Of a stretch of 64,000 nt of DNA, positions 37,267 through 46,749 are shown in pieces. The notes beneath the pieces are model-generated. The model did no database searches. It worked only from the letters and a program-made list of their open reading frames with translations, and was not told where the DNA came from. This DNA comes from Chloroflexota bacterium. GTDB taxonomy: Bacteria; Chloroflexota; Anaerolineae; Aggregatilineales; Phototrophicaceae. Numbering within the stretch: the first letter of the stretch is position 1; each line of letters starts with the position of its first letter. The DNA lies in NCBI GenBank assembly GCA_013388735.1, contig JACAES010000062.1, positions 5,525 to 69,524 of the forward strand, given 5' to 3'. A program made the position numbers and the translations under genes.

Positions 37267-37938
37267 ATGGATCAATCCGTAAATAACATGCGCGCCCGCA
37301 TCGCTCAATTGGGGGCGTGGCTGTATGACCGCCACCTGACCGACGCCGCCGGGGGTAACATCAGCGCCCTGGTGGGCGACAAGGTGTGCATCACGCCGCG
37401 TTACAGCGGCAGCAAACGCCAGTGGCAGCTTACGCCGGACGATGTGCTGGTGACCGACCTGGAGATGAACGTCCTCGAAGGCGCGGGGCAGATTTCCCGC
37501 GAGGCCAAAGCGCACTTCAGCCTGTACAAAGCTTTCGGCCACGTCGGCACCAGTGTCATCCACGCCCACCCGCGCAACCTGCTGGTGTTCGCCGCTCTTT
37601 CTCAACCCATGCCGCCGGTGCTGGAAGCCACCCGCAAATTCGGTATGACGCCGGTAGTAGGTTACGCCCCGGCGCACAGCAAAACGTTGGCCGATAACAT
37701 CGTCGAGTCGGTGCGCGGGCGGGAAGAACGCATCAAAGTGCAGGCCGTCGGCACGATTGCGCCCTGGCACGGCCTGTTCGTGATGGGCAAAGACCTGGAC
37801 GCGGCTTTCGACGCGGTGGAACGTTTCGACACCAACGCTTATATCATCCTGATGGCGCGGCTGATGGGCGGCGCTGAAGCCCTCGAAGCACAGCGCCAGT
37901 TGATGGACACGACCATCGCCAACTTCAAAGAAGCCTGA
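37267..37938 (+). CDS. class II aldolase/adducin family protein
   Basis: GGNIS, SRE..AH, IHAHP and WHG; all three Zn-ligand histidines present. Confidence 0.88.
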   Translation: MDQSVNNMRARIAQLGAWLYDRHLTDAAGGNISALVGDKVCITPRYSGSKRQWQLTPDDVLVTDLEMNVLEGAGQISREAKAHFSLYKAFGHVGTSVIHAHPRNLLVFAALSQPMPPVLEATRKFGMTPVVGYAPAHSKTLADNIVESVRGREERIKVQAVGTIAPWHGLFVMGKDLDAAFDAVERFDTNAYIILMARLMGGAEALEAQRQLMDTTIANFKEA

Positions 37939-37940
37939 GC

Positions 37941-38876
37941 ATGATCGTCACCGTCACCGCCAATACCACCCTGGACTACACGCTGTTCGTGCCGCAGTTC
38001 GAGATGAACCGCACCATGCGCGCCACCGGCACGACCTACAGCATGGGCGGCAAACCGACCGACGCCTCGTGGATTCTGGGCGAGATCGGCATCCCCAGCT
38101 TGGCGCTGGGTTTCGCCGCCGGACACAGCGGCGCGCGCGCCAAAGCCATGTTAGAGGCGCGCGGCGTCACCACCGATTTTATCGAAGTCGGCGGGGAAAC
38201 GCGCATCAATGTCGTCATCATCTCGGAAGACAACAAGGGACATTCCACCATCACCACCTCGTCGCTGGAAATTGAGGAGCAGCACATCAACGCCCTGCGC
38301 GAAAAATTCCTGGCGGCGCTGGACGGCGCTTCCTGCGTCATCCTCGGCGGCACCCTGCCGCGTATGATGCGGCCTGAGTTTTATACCGAGTTCGTGGCGC
38401 TGGGGCGCGAACGCGGCCTGCCGGTGATCTTCGACGCCGACGAGCCGAACCTGAGCGCGGGGCTGCAATCCCGGCCGGCCTATATCAAACCCAACCGCGA
38501 CGAACTTTCCCGGCTGACCGGCCAACCGGTGCAGTCGGTGGACGACGCCTACCGGGCCGGGCGGGACATCTTCGAGCGCACCGGCGTCTGCCCGATTATC
38601 ACCCTGGGCGGCGACGGCGCGCTGGCGGTGCTGCCCGACCGCGCCTACCGCATCCCGCCGCTGGCGGTGGATGTCGTCAGCCCGGCGGGGGCCGGTGACG
38701 CGGTGCTGGCCGGGCTGGCCGCGTCCATCGAGCGCGGACAGCCGATTGAGGAAGGGCTGCGGCTGGGCGTCGCCGCCGCGACCGCCGTCTGTCTGATGCC
38801 CGGCACGGCAGACTGCCGCCGGGCGGACGTGGAGCGTTTTCTGCCATTGGTGGAGCTGCTGCCCTATCCAGGGTAA
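37941..38876 (+). CDS. 1-phosphofructokinase/tagatose-6-phosphate kinase family (PfkB) kinase
   Basis: VTVTANTTLD, GGK, GETRINV, IKPNRDEL, TLGGDGA and AGAGDA motifs. Confidence 0.9.
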   Translation: MIVTVTANTTLDYTLFVPQFEMNRTMRATGTTYSMGGKPTDASWILGEIGIPSLALGFAAGHSGARAKAMLEARGVTTDFIEVGGETRINVVIISEDNKGHSTITTSSLEIEEQHINALREKFLAALDGASCVILGGTLPRMMRPEFYTEFVALGRERGLPVIFDADEPNLSAGLQSRPAYIKPNRDELSRLTGQPVQSVDDAYRAGRDIFERTGVCPIITLGGDGALAVLPDRAYRIPPLAVDVVSPAGAGDAVLAGLAASIERGQPIEEGLRLGVAAATAVCLMPGTADCRRADVERFLPLVELLPYPG

Positions 38877-38881
38877 TCATC

Positions 38882-38960
38882 AACACAGAGGCTCAAAGGC
38901 ACAGAGGCCCAAAGCACTTGCTCTGTGTCTCTGCGCCTCTGAGTCTTCGTGTTATGCTTT
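38882..38960 (+). repeat. CACAGAG/CTCTGTG palindromic repeat, copy 1
   Basis: shares AACACAGAGGCTC, TTGCTCTGTG, GCCTCTGAG and GTGTTAYGCTTT with the copy at 39632. Confidence 0.8.
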
Positions 38961-38973
38961 TATACAATCAGGG

Positions 38974-39648
38974 ATGAAAAACATGCCGATTGAAGCGGTG
39001 ATTTTTGACATGGACGGCGTGCTGGTGGACAGCGAACCCTACTGGCTGGCATCGCGCGAGGAGTTCGCCCGCGACCTGGGCAAAGAATGGACGGACGCCG
39101 ACCAGCGGCTGGCGATGGGACGCAACACGATTGAATGGGCGCAGGTGATGCGCGAGCGCCTAAACCTCGACTGGCCGGTCGAAACCGTGATGGCCGACGT
39201 GATCCGCCGGGTGAAACTGCACTACGATGAGCGAATGCCGCTGCGTCCTGGCGCGCTGGAAGCCGCGCATCTGGCGGCGAAACACTTCCGCGTGGCGCTG
39301 GCCTCAGGGTCGCCCACCGAAATCATCAACCATGTGCTGCGGTTAACCGGCCTCGATCAGATTTTCGAGACGGTCGTTTATGGCGACGACATGCCCAACG
39401 GCAAACCCGCGCCGGACATCTACCTGGAGACGCTGCGGCGGCTGGGCGTTCCCGCCGAACGCGCTGCCGGCATCGAGGACTCCGGCAACGGCATCCGGTC
39501 GCTGCACAATGCCGGCATGTGGATTATCGCCGCGCCCAGCCCGGACTTCCCACTCGCGCCGGAAGTGGCGGCGCTGGCGCACCGGCAGATCACCTCGTTG
39601 GAAGATTTTTCGGTGGAGCTGGTACAAAACATAACACAGAGGCTCTAA
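38974..39648 (+). CDS. HAD superfamily sugar-phosphate phosphatase
   Basis: FDMDGVLVDSE, ASGS, GKPAPDIY and IEDSGNG motifs. Confidence 0.9.
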   Translation: MKNMPIEAVIFDMDGVLVDSEPYWLASREEFARDLGKEWTDADQRLAMGRNTIEWAQVMRERLNLDWPVETVMADVIRRVKLHYDERMPLRPGALEAAHLAAKHFRVALASGSPTEIINHVLRLTGLDQIFETVVYGDDMPNGKPAPDIYLETLRRLGVPAERAAGIEDSGNGIRSLHNAGMWIIAAPSPDFPLAPEVAALAHRQITSLEDFSVELVQNITQRL

Positions 39649-39710
39649 GGCCGGGAGATACAGAGAAGCTTTTTTGCTCTGTGCCTCTGAGACTCTGTGT
39701 TACGCTTTTT
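39632..39710 (+). repeat. CACAGAG/CTCTGTG palindromic repeat, copy 2
   Basis: perfect inverted ends TAACACAGAG (39632-39641) and CTCTGTGTTA (39693-39702); overlaps the HAD stop codon. Confidence 0.8.
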
Positions 39711-39713
39711 CGA

Positions 39714-40928
39714 CTACCCGATTGCGCCGCCGGTCGTCGTGGCGAGTCCGCGTTCGTCGGCCACTTTTTGGGCATAACCATCGGCGCGGTAGGCCGCGAT
39801 AGGATCAAGCGGCAGTCCTTTTTCCTCGCGCACCTGCATCAGCAGCGGGCGCACGTCGGTCTGAAAGGCATCTACCAGCACGCCATGCGCGCCCAGCACG
39901 TCCCCGGCCAGCTGGCGCTCGCGCAGCGTTTTAAAGTCCACGATCAGGGCTTTGGCATAGGCCGTCTGGCAGTTCAGCACGCTCACCAGCATAGCCTCCA
40001 GCTTCGGCTCGATGTTGTGACTCTGGTCAATCATGTAGGCCACGTCGCGCGCGGCGTCACCCGCCGCCACCAGTTCGACGTAAATTTCAAACAGTTCAAA
40101 CGGGTTGTTCGTCCCGACGATCAGATCGTCATCGGCATAACGGCGCGCATTGAGGTGGAAGCCGCCCAGCCGCCCCTCGTCCAGCAAGAAGGCCACGATA
40201 TGGGCGATATTCGTCCCCTGGGCATGGTGGCCGGTATCCACCAGCACATGCGCCTGCGGGCCGAGTTTAAGCGCGGTGGCATAGGCCATGCCCCAGTCGG
40301 CCAGGTCGGTATGGTAAAAAGCCGGTTCGAAGAATTTGTATTCGATCAACATGCGCGACCCGGCGGGTAAATGCGGGTACACCTGCCGGAGCGCGTCCTC
40401 CATGCGGTGCTTGCGCTCGCGGATGCTGTCCTGCCCGGCATAGTTGGTGCCGTCGGCGAACCACAGACTGAGCAGGCCGCTGTTCACCTTATCCATAATC
40501 TCGCAGCATTCGACCATGTGGGCGATGGCTTCCTCGCGCACGCTGGCGGACGGGTGCGTGATGCTGCCCAGTTTGTACTGGTCGTCCTGGAACAGGTTCG
40601 GGTTGACCGCGCCGATTTTGATGCCCCGATCTGCCGCGTACTGCTGCATGGCATCGTAATCATCCACTTTGTCCCAGGGGATATGAATGGCGATGGAGGG
40701 GGCGATGCCGGATAGTTTGTGAATGTAAGCGGCGTCGTCTATCCGCTCCCAGGTGTTGCGCGCCGCGCCCGGCCAGGCGAAAACCTTAAAGCGCGTGCCG
40801 CCGTTGCCGTATCCCCAGGACGGCGTTTCGATGTGCTGCTCTTTCAGTTTCGCTTTTACCGCCTCGACATCCACGTTCTGCTGCGCCAGGCGTTCGGCCA
40901 GACGCGCGTAGTCGGCCTTAAAATCCAT
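39714..40928 (-). CDS. rhaI: L-rhamnose isomerase (RhaI/RhaA' type)
   Basis: [47 protein letters not shown] and IDQSH motifs. Confidence 0.92.
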   Translation of the reverse strand: MDFKADYARLAERLAQQNVDVEAVKAKLKEQHIETPSWGYGNGGTRFKVFAWPGAARNTWERIDDAAYIHKLSGIAPSIAIHIPWDKVDDYDAMQQYAADRGIKIGAVNPNLFQDDQYKLGSITHPSASVREEAIAHMVECCEIMDKVNSGLLSLWFADGTNYAGQDSIRERKHRMEDALRQVYPHLPAGSRMLIEYKFFEPAFYHTDLADWGMAYATALKLGPQAHVLVDTGHHAQGTNIAHIVAFLLDEGRLGGFHLNARRYADDDLIVGTNNPFELFEIYVELVAAGDAARDVAYMIDQSHNIEPKLEAMLVSVLNCQTAYAKALIVDFKTLRERQLAGDVLGAHGVLVDAFQTDVRPLLMQVREEKGLPLDPIAAYRADGYAQKVADERGLATTTGGAIG

Positions 40929-40977
40929 GAAAACTTTATCCTTTGCTGAAAAATCAGTACAATAGAGGCAAGTTTTG

Positions 40978-41021
40978 GTTTCATTATCCTTCAGTTTATG
41001 TCTAAGCGAAAGTGATGTCAA
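40978..41021 (-). promoter_or_regulatory. rhaI promoter with DeoR-type repeats
   Basis: minus strand TTGACA-N17-TAAACT (41021-40993), overlapped and followed by TGAAGG-N4-TGAAAC; CGAAAG also on the plus strand at 41007. Confidence 0.6.
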
Positions 41022-41023
41022 GC

Positions 41024-41809
41024 ATGACGGAGCCACTGTTCCTCGAAGAACGACGGCGCAGCATCCTGGAACTGCTGAAGCAGCATGGGCGCGTGTCGGT
41101 CAACGCGCTCAGCGAAAAACTCAATGTCAGCACGGTGACAATCCGCCAGGATTTGCGGGCGCTGGAAGAAGAAGGCCTGCTGGAACGCACCTACGGCGGC
41201 GCGGTGCTGCGTTCGTCGCCGCCCCCGGTGGCGGAGCTCTCGTTTGAAACGCGGCGGGAAAAATACCGCGCCGAAAAAGACGCCATCGGCCAGGCGGCGG
41301 CGGCGCTGGTGCAGGACGGTTTTGGCATCGCGCTGGATGCCAGTTCGACCGCCTACGCCATCACGCCCTACCTCAAACGTTTCGACAGCCTGACGGTCGT
41401 CACCAACAGCCTGATCGTCGCCCAGCAGTTTTTGCACACGCCGCGCATCCGGGTGCTGCTGCCCGCCGGACGGCTGCGGCGCGACTCGATTTCGGTGGTC
41501 GGCAACGCTGCCAGCCTGCCGGACATCAATCTGAACATCGGCTTTTTCGGGGCGCGCGGCCTGTCGCCGGAAGCCGGCGCGACCGAGATCAGCCAGGAAG
41601 AAGCCGAGATGAAACGCGCCATCATCGCGCGCTGCATTGCGACGGTGCTGGTGGTGGACGGCAGTAAATGGGGGCAGGTCGCGCCTTATACCTTCATAGA
41701 CGCGAACGACATCACCCGCATCATCACCAGCGACAACGCCCCCCTGGAGGCGTTCGCGCCGTTTCAGGCCAGGGGCGCGACCGTAGATATGGTGAGTGTG
41801 GCAGAATAG
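41024..41809 (+). CDS. rhaR: DeoR/GlpR family transcriptional regulator (putative rhamnose repressor)
   Basis: [15 protein letters not shown]...VTIRQDL..L..RTYGGA; EKDAIG, LDASST and VVTNS. Confidence 0.88.
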   Translation: MTEPLFLEERRRSILELLKQHGRVSVNALSEKLNVSTVTIRQDLRALEEEGLLERTYGGAVLRSSPPPVAELSFETRREKYRAEKDAIGQAAAALVQDGFGIALDASSTAYAITPYLKRFDSLTVVTNSLIVAQQFLHTPRIRVLLPAGRLRRDSISVVGNAASLPDINLNIGFFGARGLSPEAGATEISQEEAEMKRAIIARCIATVLVVDGSKWGQVAPYTFIDANDITRIITSDNAPLEAFAPFQARGATVDMVSVAE

Positions 41810-41838
41810 ACGCCGCCTTTTGCGTTTTTTTCCCAGAG

Positions 41839-41895
41839 TTGACAAAGCTCTGGCGACGCGATATAAATTAGATAGACAATGAAAGAAAACGAAAC
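41839..41895 (+). promoter_or_regulatory. rha operon promoter with tandem operator
   Basis: TTGACA-N17-TATAAA (41839-41867) followed by TGAAAG-N4-CGAAAC (41880-41895). Confidence 0.7.
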
Positions 41896-41962
41896 GATTT
41901 AACAATCGGCTGTGCTGAATTTGTGGTTGAGCTTTTTTTGAAAAACATGGATTATTAAGGAA

Positions 41963-43942
41963 ATGCCGCAGAACTTATGGGACCCCCAAGAGGCCAACCA
42001 CCTGCTCAACCTGGACGGGTTAGTATACCGAAGCAGGTTGTCCGGTCGTGATAATGCCAGCCTCTACCGCTTTGAGGGCAGCACCAGCGCCAGGCTCAAC
42101 CGCACCGATCATATGGGGCGTGATACCCGCCTGCTGGCGGTGAAGGCTTGCGGCCCGGAGCAAACGGCCATCACCGAAAGCGATTTTGCGCTGCTGCGCC
42201 TGGACGAAATCGAGCCGCTGTTCGAGCGCGAAACGATGACCGACGCCGAAGTGGTCGTCTATCTGTCGCGCACGGTCTTCGAACCCGGACGCCCGCGCCC
42301 CGGCCTTGAAACGCTGCTGCACGCCTTCATCCCCCATCCGCACATTGACTACACCCGCCCGGACGCAATCCTCAGTCTGGCCTGCGCCCCGGACGCCGAA
42401 CGGCTGGTGAGCGCCGTCTATGGAACGCGGCTGGCTTTCGTGCCGTACCAACGTCCCGGTTTCGCTCTCGGCCAACTGGTCGGGCGGCTGATGCGGCAAA
42501 ACCCATCGCTCGAAGGTTTCATCCTAGGCAAAAACGGCCTGCTGACCTGGGGCGATGATGCCAGAACGTGTTACGAAAAAACCATCGCCATCATTCAGGA
42601 AGCCGAAACTTACGTCCAGGCGCGGCGCGGCGGTATACAGGTTTTCGGCGCGCCGCGCTTCCCGGCCATCAGCGCCGCCGAACGGCAGGAAATCCTAACA
42701 CAAACGCTGCCGGTCTTGCGGGGCGCGCTGTCCGGCGGCAGCGGCGTCATCCTGAGTTATGACGACAGCGAAGCGGCGCTGGAACTGGCGAGCGGCGCAG
42801 CAGCCGCGACGATCGGCCGGCAGGGCGCGCCCTGCCCCGAATATGCAAAACATCTCCGACGCCTGCCGCTGTGCGTGGACTGGAAACCGGCGGACGGCCT
42901 GCCGGCGCTGCATCAGAAACTGCGCGACGGCCTCAGCGACCCCGCGCCGCGTATCGTCATCATCCCCGGTCTGGGGCTGGTGTGCGCCGGGACGGATGCC
43001 CGCAGCGCCGATCAAAATTGCCGGCTTTTCCGACAGACGATTAACATCATGGGCGGCAGCCTAGCGCTGGGCGGCTTCGAGGGGCTGACCGAAACAGAAG
43101 CTCTCGACCTGGAGCACGAAACGCGGCCCACCCCGACCGGCGAACTGGAAGGCCGGGTGGCGCTGATTACCGGCGGCACCAGCGGCATCGGCCAGGCCGC
43201 CGCCTACCGGCTGGCGCAGGACGGCGCGCATGTCGTCATCCTGGGCCGCAGCCGCGAGCGGGGCGAAGCCATCGCCGCCGACATCAACCGGCGGCACGGC
43301 CACCGCCGCGCCCTGATGATCGAGGCCGATATGCGCGACGAAGCGGCGGTCGAAGCGGCTTTCCGGCAGACGGTTTTAACCTGCGGCGGCCTGGACATCC
43401 TGGTGAACAACGCCGGCAGCGCTGGCGGCGCGCCGGTCGAAGATACCACGCTGGAGATGTGGCAGCACAATCTGGACGTTCTCGCCACCGGCTACTTTTT
43501 AGCCGCGCGCGCCGCCTTCCGGGTGATGAAAGCGCAGGGGACGGGCGGGGCGATGGTGTTCGTCGCCAGCAAAAACAGCATTGCGGCCGGCAAGGGCGCA
43601 GCTGCCTACAGCGCAGCCAAAGCTGCCGAAGTGCATCTGGCGCGCTGCCTGGCGGAAGAAGGCGGCGCTTACGGCATCCGCGTCAATTCGGTGCTGCCGG
43701 ACGCGGTGATTCGCGGCAGCGGCATCTGGGACAGTGCCTGGAAGGAAGCCCGCGCCAGACAGTATGGCATCGCGGTAGATGACCTGTACGAGTTTTACCG
43801 CAAGCGCAACACACTCAAGGTGGAAATTCTGCCGGAGGACATCGCCGAAGCGATTGTTTTTCTGGCCGGGCCGCGCAGCGCCAAAACGACGGCGGCCATA
43901 TTGACGGTAGATGGTGGTGTGCCAACTGCCTACGTGCGGTAA
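41963..43942 (+). CDS. RhaEW-type aldolase/short-chain dehydrogenase fusion with a degenerate aldolase domain
   Basis: N-domain follows the RhaE pattern (NLWD, LVYRS, ETLLHAF) but lacks the metal histidines; SDR domain TGGTSGIG, NNAG, SKNS, YSAAK and VNSVLPDAV intact. Confidence 0.88.
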   Translation: MPQNLWDPQEANHLLNLDGLVYRSRLSGRDNASLYRFEGSTSARLNRTDHMGRDTRLLAVKACGPEQTAITESDFALLRLDEIEPLFERETMTDAEVVVYLSRTVFEPGRPRPGLETLLHAFIPHPHIDYTRPDAILSLACAPDAERLVSAVYGTRLAFVPYQRPGFALGQLVGRLMRQNPSLEGFILGKNGLLTWGDDARTCYEKTIAIIQEAETYVQARRGGIQVFGAPRFPAISAAERQEILTQTLPVLRGALSGGSGVILSYDDSEAALELASGAAAATIGRQGAPCPEYAKHLRRLPLCVDWKPADGLPALHQKLRDGLSDPAPRIVIIPGLGLVCAGTDARSADQNCRLFRQTINIMGGSLALGGFEGLTETEALDLEHETRPTPTGELEGRVALITGGTSGIGQAAAYRLAQDGAHVVILGRSRERGEAIAADINRRHGHRRALMIEADMRDEAAVEAAFRQTVLTCGGLDILVNNAGSAGGAPVEDTTLEMWQHNLDVLATGYFLAARAAFRVMKAQGTGGAMVFVASKNSIAAGKGAAAYSAAKAAEVHLARCLAEEGGAYGIRVNSVLPDAVIRGSGIWDSAWKEARARQYGIAVDDLYEFYRKRNTLKVEILPEDIAEAIVFLAGPRSAKTTAAILTVDGGVPTAYVR

Positions 43943-43992
43943 AATCAGGCGTCAAAATATCGGCTTGAACGCAAAATAGGGTTTATTCCGAA

Positions 43993-45432
43993 ATGGCTTC
44001 AAAACATGTTATCGCGGTTGATATGGGCGCAGAGTCCGGGCGGGTGATGCGGGTCAGCCTGGACGGCGACCGCCTGAACATTGAAGAAATTCACCGTTTT
44101 CCCAGCGTGTCCGTCACCGTTCACGGCACGCTGTACTGGGACGTGCTGCGCATGTGGCACGAAATTACCACCGGCATCCGAATGGCCGCCCCCGGCGCGG
44201 CTTCAATTGGCGTGGATACCTGGGGCGTGGACTTCGGCCTGCTCGACCGCGACGGCAATCTGCTGGCGAATCCGGTTCATTACCGGGATAACCGCACCGA
44301 CGGCATGATGGACTGGGTGTTCGAGCGCGTGCCGCGCCGTGAAGTATTCGAGCGCACCGGGATTCAGTTCCTTCAGCTCAACACACTCTACCAGATCGCC
44401 AGCCTGGTGAAAGCCAAAAGCCCGGTGCTGGAAAACGCCGCCTATTTCCTGATCCTGCCTGACCTGTTCAATTACTGGTTGAGCGGCGTCAAAGCCAGCG
44501 AGTTCACCATCGCCACCACCACCCAGTTCTATAGCCCGCACAGCGGCGGCTGGGATACCGACCTGCTGGCGAAAATCGGCGCGCCCACCCACATCCTGCC
44601 GGAGATTGTGCCATCGGGGACGAAACTGGGTGAATACAACGGCATCCCGGTCATCGCCCCGGCCTGCCACGATACCGGCAGCGCCGTCGCCGCCGTGCCG
44701 ACCACCACCACCAACTACGCCTATCTCAGCAGCGGCACCTGGAGCCTGCTGGGGCTGGAGCTGGACAGGCCGGTCATCAACGACGCCGCCTACGCGGCCA
44801 ACGTCACCAACGAAGGCGGGGTGGGCGGCAAGTTCCGTTTCCTGCGCAATATCACCGGCTTATGGCTGATCCAGCAGAGCCGCCAGGTATGGCAGGAACA
44901 AACCGGCAAACTGTACGAACACGCCGAACTGGCCGAACTGGCGCAGGCCGCCGCGCCGTTCCGGTCGCTGTTCGACCCCGATCATAAGGATTTCCTGACC
45001 CCCGGCGACATGCCCGCCCGCCTGCGCGCCCTGTGCCAGCGCACCGGCGAGCCGCAGCCGGAAACGCCGGGTCAGACCGCGCGGGCGATTTACGAAAGCC
45101 TGGCGTTTAAATATCGCTATTATCTCGAAAAGCTGGCGGACGTTTCCGGCCAGCGCGTAGACCGGCTGCACATCATCGGCGGCGGTTCGCGCAATGTTCT
45201 GTTGTGCCAGATGGTCGCCAACGCCATCGGTCGCCCGGTAGTGGCCGGGCCGGCGGAGGCGACTGCCCTGGGTAACGCGCTGGTGCAGTTTATCGCCCTG
45301 GGCGAATTCGCCGACCTGGCGCAGGCGCGCGAGCTGCTGAGCCGCAGCGCCGAAACCACCACCTACGAACCTGTCGCTACCGCCGACTGGGACGCACAGT
45401 ACGCGCGTTTCCAATCGCTGCTGGTTGAGTGA
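43993..45432 (+). CDS. rhaB: rhamnulokinase
   Basis: AVDMGAESGR, IGVDTWGVDFGL, PVHYRD, HDTGSAV, LSSGTWSLLG, TNEGG and GGGSRN motifs. Confidence 0.93.
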   Translation: MASKHVIAVDMGAESGRVMRVSLDGDRLNIEEIHRFPSVSVTVHGTLYWDVLRMWHEITTGIRMAAPGAASIGVDTWGVDFGLLDRDGNLLANPVHYRDNRTDGMMDWVFERVPRREVFERTGIQFLQLNTLYQIASLVKAKSPVLENAAYFLILPDLFNYWLSGVKASEFTIATTTQFYSPHSGGWDTDLLAKIGAPTHILPEIVPSGTKLGEYNGIPVIAPACHDTGSAVAAVPTTTTNYAYLSSGTWSLLGLELDRPVINDAAYAANVTNEGGVGGKFRFLRNITGLWLIQQSRQVWQEQTGKLYEHAELAELAQAAAPFRSLFDPDHKDFLTPGDMPARLRALCQRTGEPQPETPGQTARAIYESLAFKYRYYLEKLADVSGQRVDRLHIIGGGSRNVLLCQMVANAIGRPVVAGPAEATALGNALVQFIALGEFADLAQARELLSRSAETTTYEPVATADWDAQYARFQSLLVE

Positions 45433-45458
45433 AAAGTTTTTAAGGGAGGGAGTCCATC

Positions 45459-46682
45459 ATGGCGCTGCGTTTGCGATGGCCGACCCAATATCCGCTGATC
45501 CGGCAGCCGTTCGGCGTTAACTGGACGGGCGACCCGGACTTTTACGCCCGCGCCGGTCTGTCCGGCCACGAAGGACTGGACATCGAAGCGCCGGAAGGCA
45601 GCGAAGTGTACGCCTGCGCCGATGGCGTGGTGTCGCGCATTTCGCTGGACGGCGATAACAGCCCGGACGAAAAACCCTACGGCAATCAGATTCGTATCAC
45701 GCACCCCGCCGAAGGCGACGACGCCCCATACACCACCACTTACGGCCACTTGCAGCGCGTGCGGGACGGCCTGCAGGTCGGCAGCCGCGTGCTGGCCGGG
45801 GAACTGATCGCTTATGCCGGCAGCACCGGCAGGTCGCACGGCGGCGGCCATTTACATCTGATGCTCAAAAAGCGCGGCGCCAGCGCCTCCGGCGAAACGC
45901 CCTTCCCCAAAGACATCATAGACCCGACGCCGTTTCTGGAGCCGCTGGTCTTCAGCGCCCAGTTTACGACCGGCGGCAGACCAGGCACTCCTGCACCCGC
46001 GCCTGCGCCCACCCCGCCCCGGCTGGGGCCACCGCCCCTGCCGAAAGCCTTTAACGGGCGCTACCGCCTTCAGTCCAACGAGGCGCAGTTCCGCGCGCGC
46101 TGGGGTTGGGTTTCGCTGGTGGAGGGTAAACGCTACCTGAACGTGATCGCCACCGCCAACGCGCCGTACAGCAGCCCGCAGCAGCGCAAGGACGCCCACA
46201 GCGTCTTGCTGATCGAAAACGCCATTAGTTACCTGAACCCGAAGGACGAACCCAACGGCACGCCGCGCTACTGGCCGTTCAGGGGACAGTCTTACTTCTG
46301 CAATATTTTCGTCGGCGACGTAACCCGCCTGCTGCACTGCGAAGTCCCCAATAACCCGGCCATGACCACCGTCGGGCAGGTATTGAACTGGCTGCAAACG
46401 TCCGGCCCGGCGGCGGGCTGGCGGCGCGCCAAAGACGGCAAGGAAGCGCAGGACTGGGCCAACACCGGGCGCGTGGCGGTTATGCTGTGGCAGCAGGGTA
46501 AAACCAGCGACCATTCGGCACTGGTGAGGCCGGGCAAAGGTTTTGTGGATTCGAAAGGTTTCTTCTGGCCGCGCGTGGCGCAGGCCGGCGCCGTCGTCAC
46601 CGGCGATGGCGATTCTTACGTGACGTTTCGCGGCAGTTCAGATAAGCCGCGCGACCGGATATTCTGGTTTTTACACGATTAG
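45459..46682 (+). CDS. M23 metallopeptidase fused by a Pro-rich linker to a CHAP-like Cys/His domain
   Basis: HEGLD (HxxxD), YGHL and HLH for M23; PAPAPAPTPP linker; FCNIFV..DHSALVRP..AQAG in the C-domain; no signal peptide visible. Confidence 0.8.
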   Translation: MALRLRWPTQYPLIRQPFGVNWTGDPDFYARAGLSGHEGLDIEAPEGSEVYACADGVVSRISLDGDNSPDEKPYGNQIRITHPAEGDDAPYTTTYGHLQRVRDGLQVGSRVLAGELIAYAGSTGRSHGGGHLHLMLKKRGASASGETPFPKDIIDPTPFLEPLVFSAQFTTGGRPGTPAPAPAPTPPRLGPPPLPKAFNGRYRLQSNEAQFRARWGWVSLVEGKRYLNVIATANAPYSSPQQRKDAHSVLLIENAISYLNPKDEPNGTPRYWPFRGQSYFCNIFVGDVTRLLHCEVPNNPAMTTVGQVLNWLQTSGPAAGWRRAKDGKEAQDWANTGRVAVMLWQQGKTSDHSALVRPGKGFVDSKGFFWPRVAQAGAVVTGDGDSYVTFRGSSDKPRDRIFWFLHD

Positions 46683-46749
46683 GGCTGGGCGGCCAGCAGC
46701 GAGGTCGGCGGCAGGCATCAAGCTATAGGCCGGCAGAAAGCATCGGTAA

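Noticed and set aside
1648-39710. Repeats as a CRISPR array
   Set aside because: The copies are dispersed or tandem with no regular unique spacers, and no cas genes are present.
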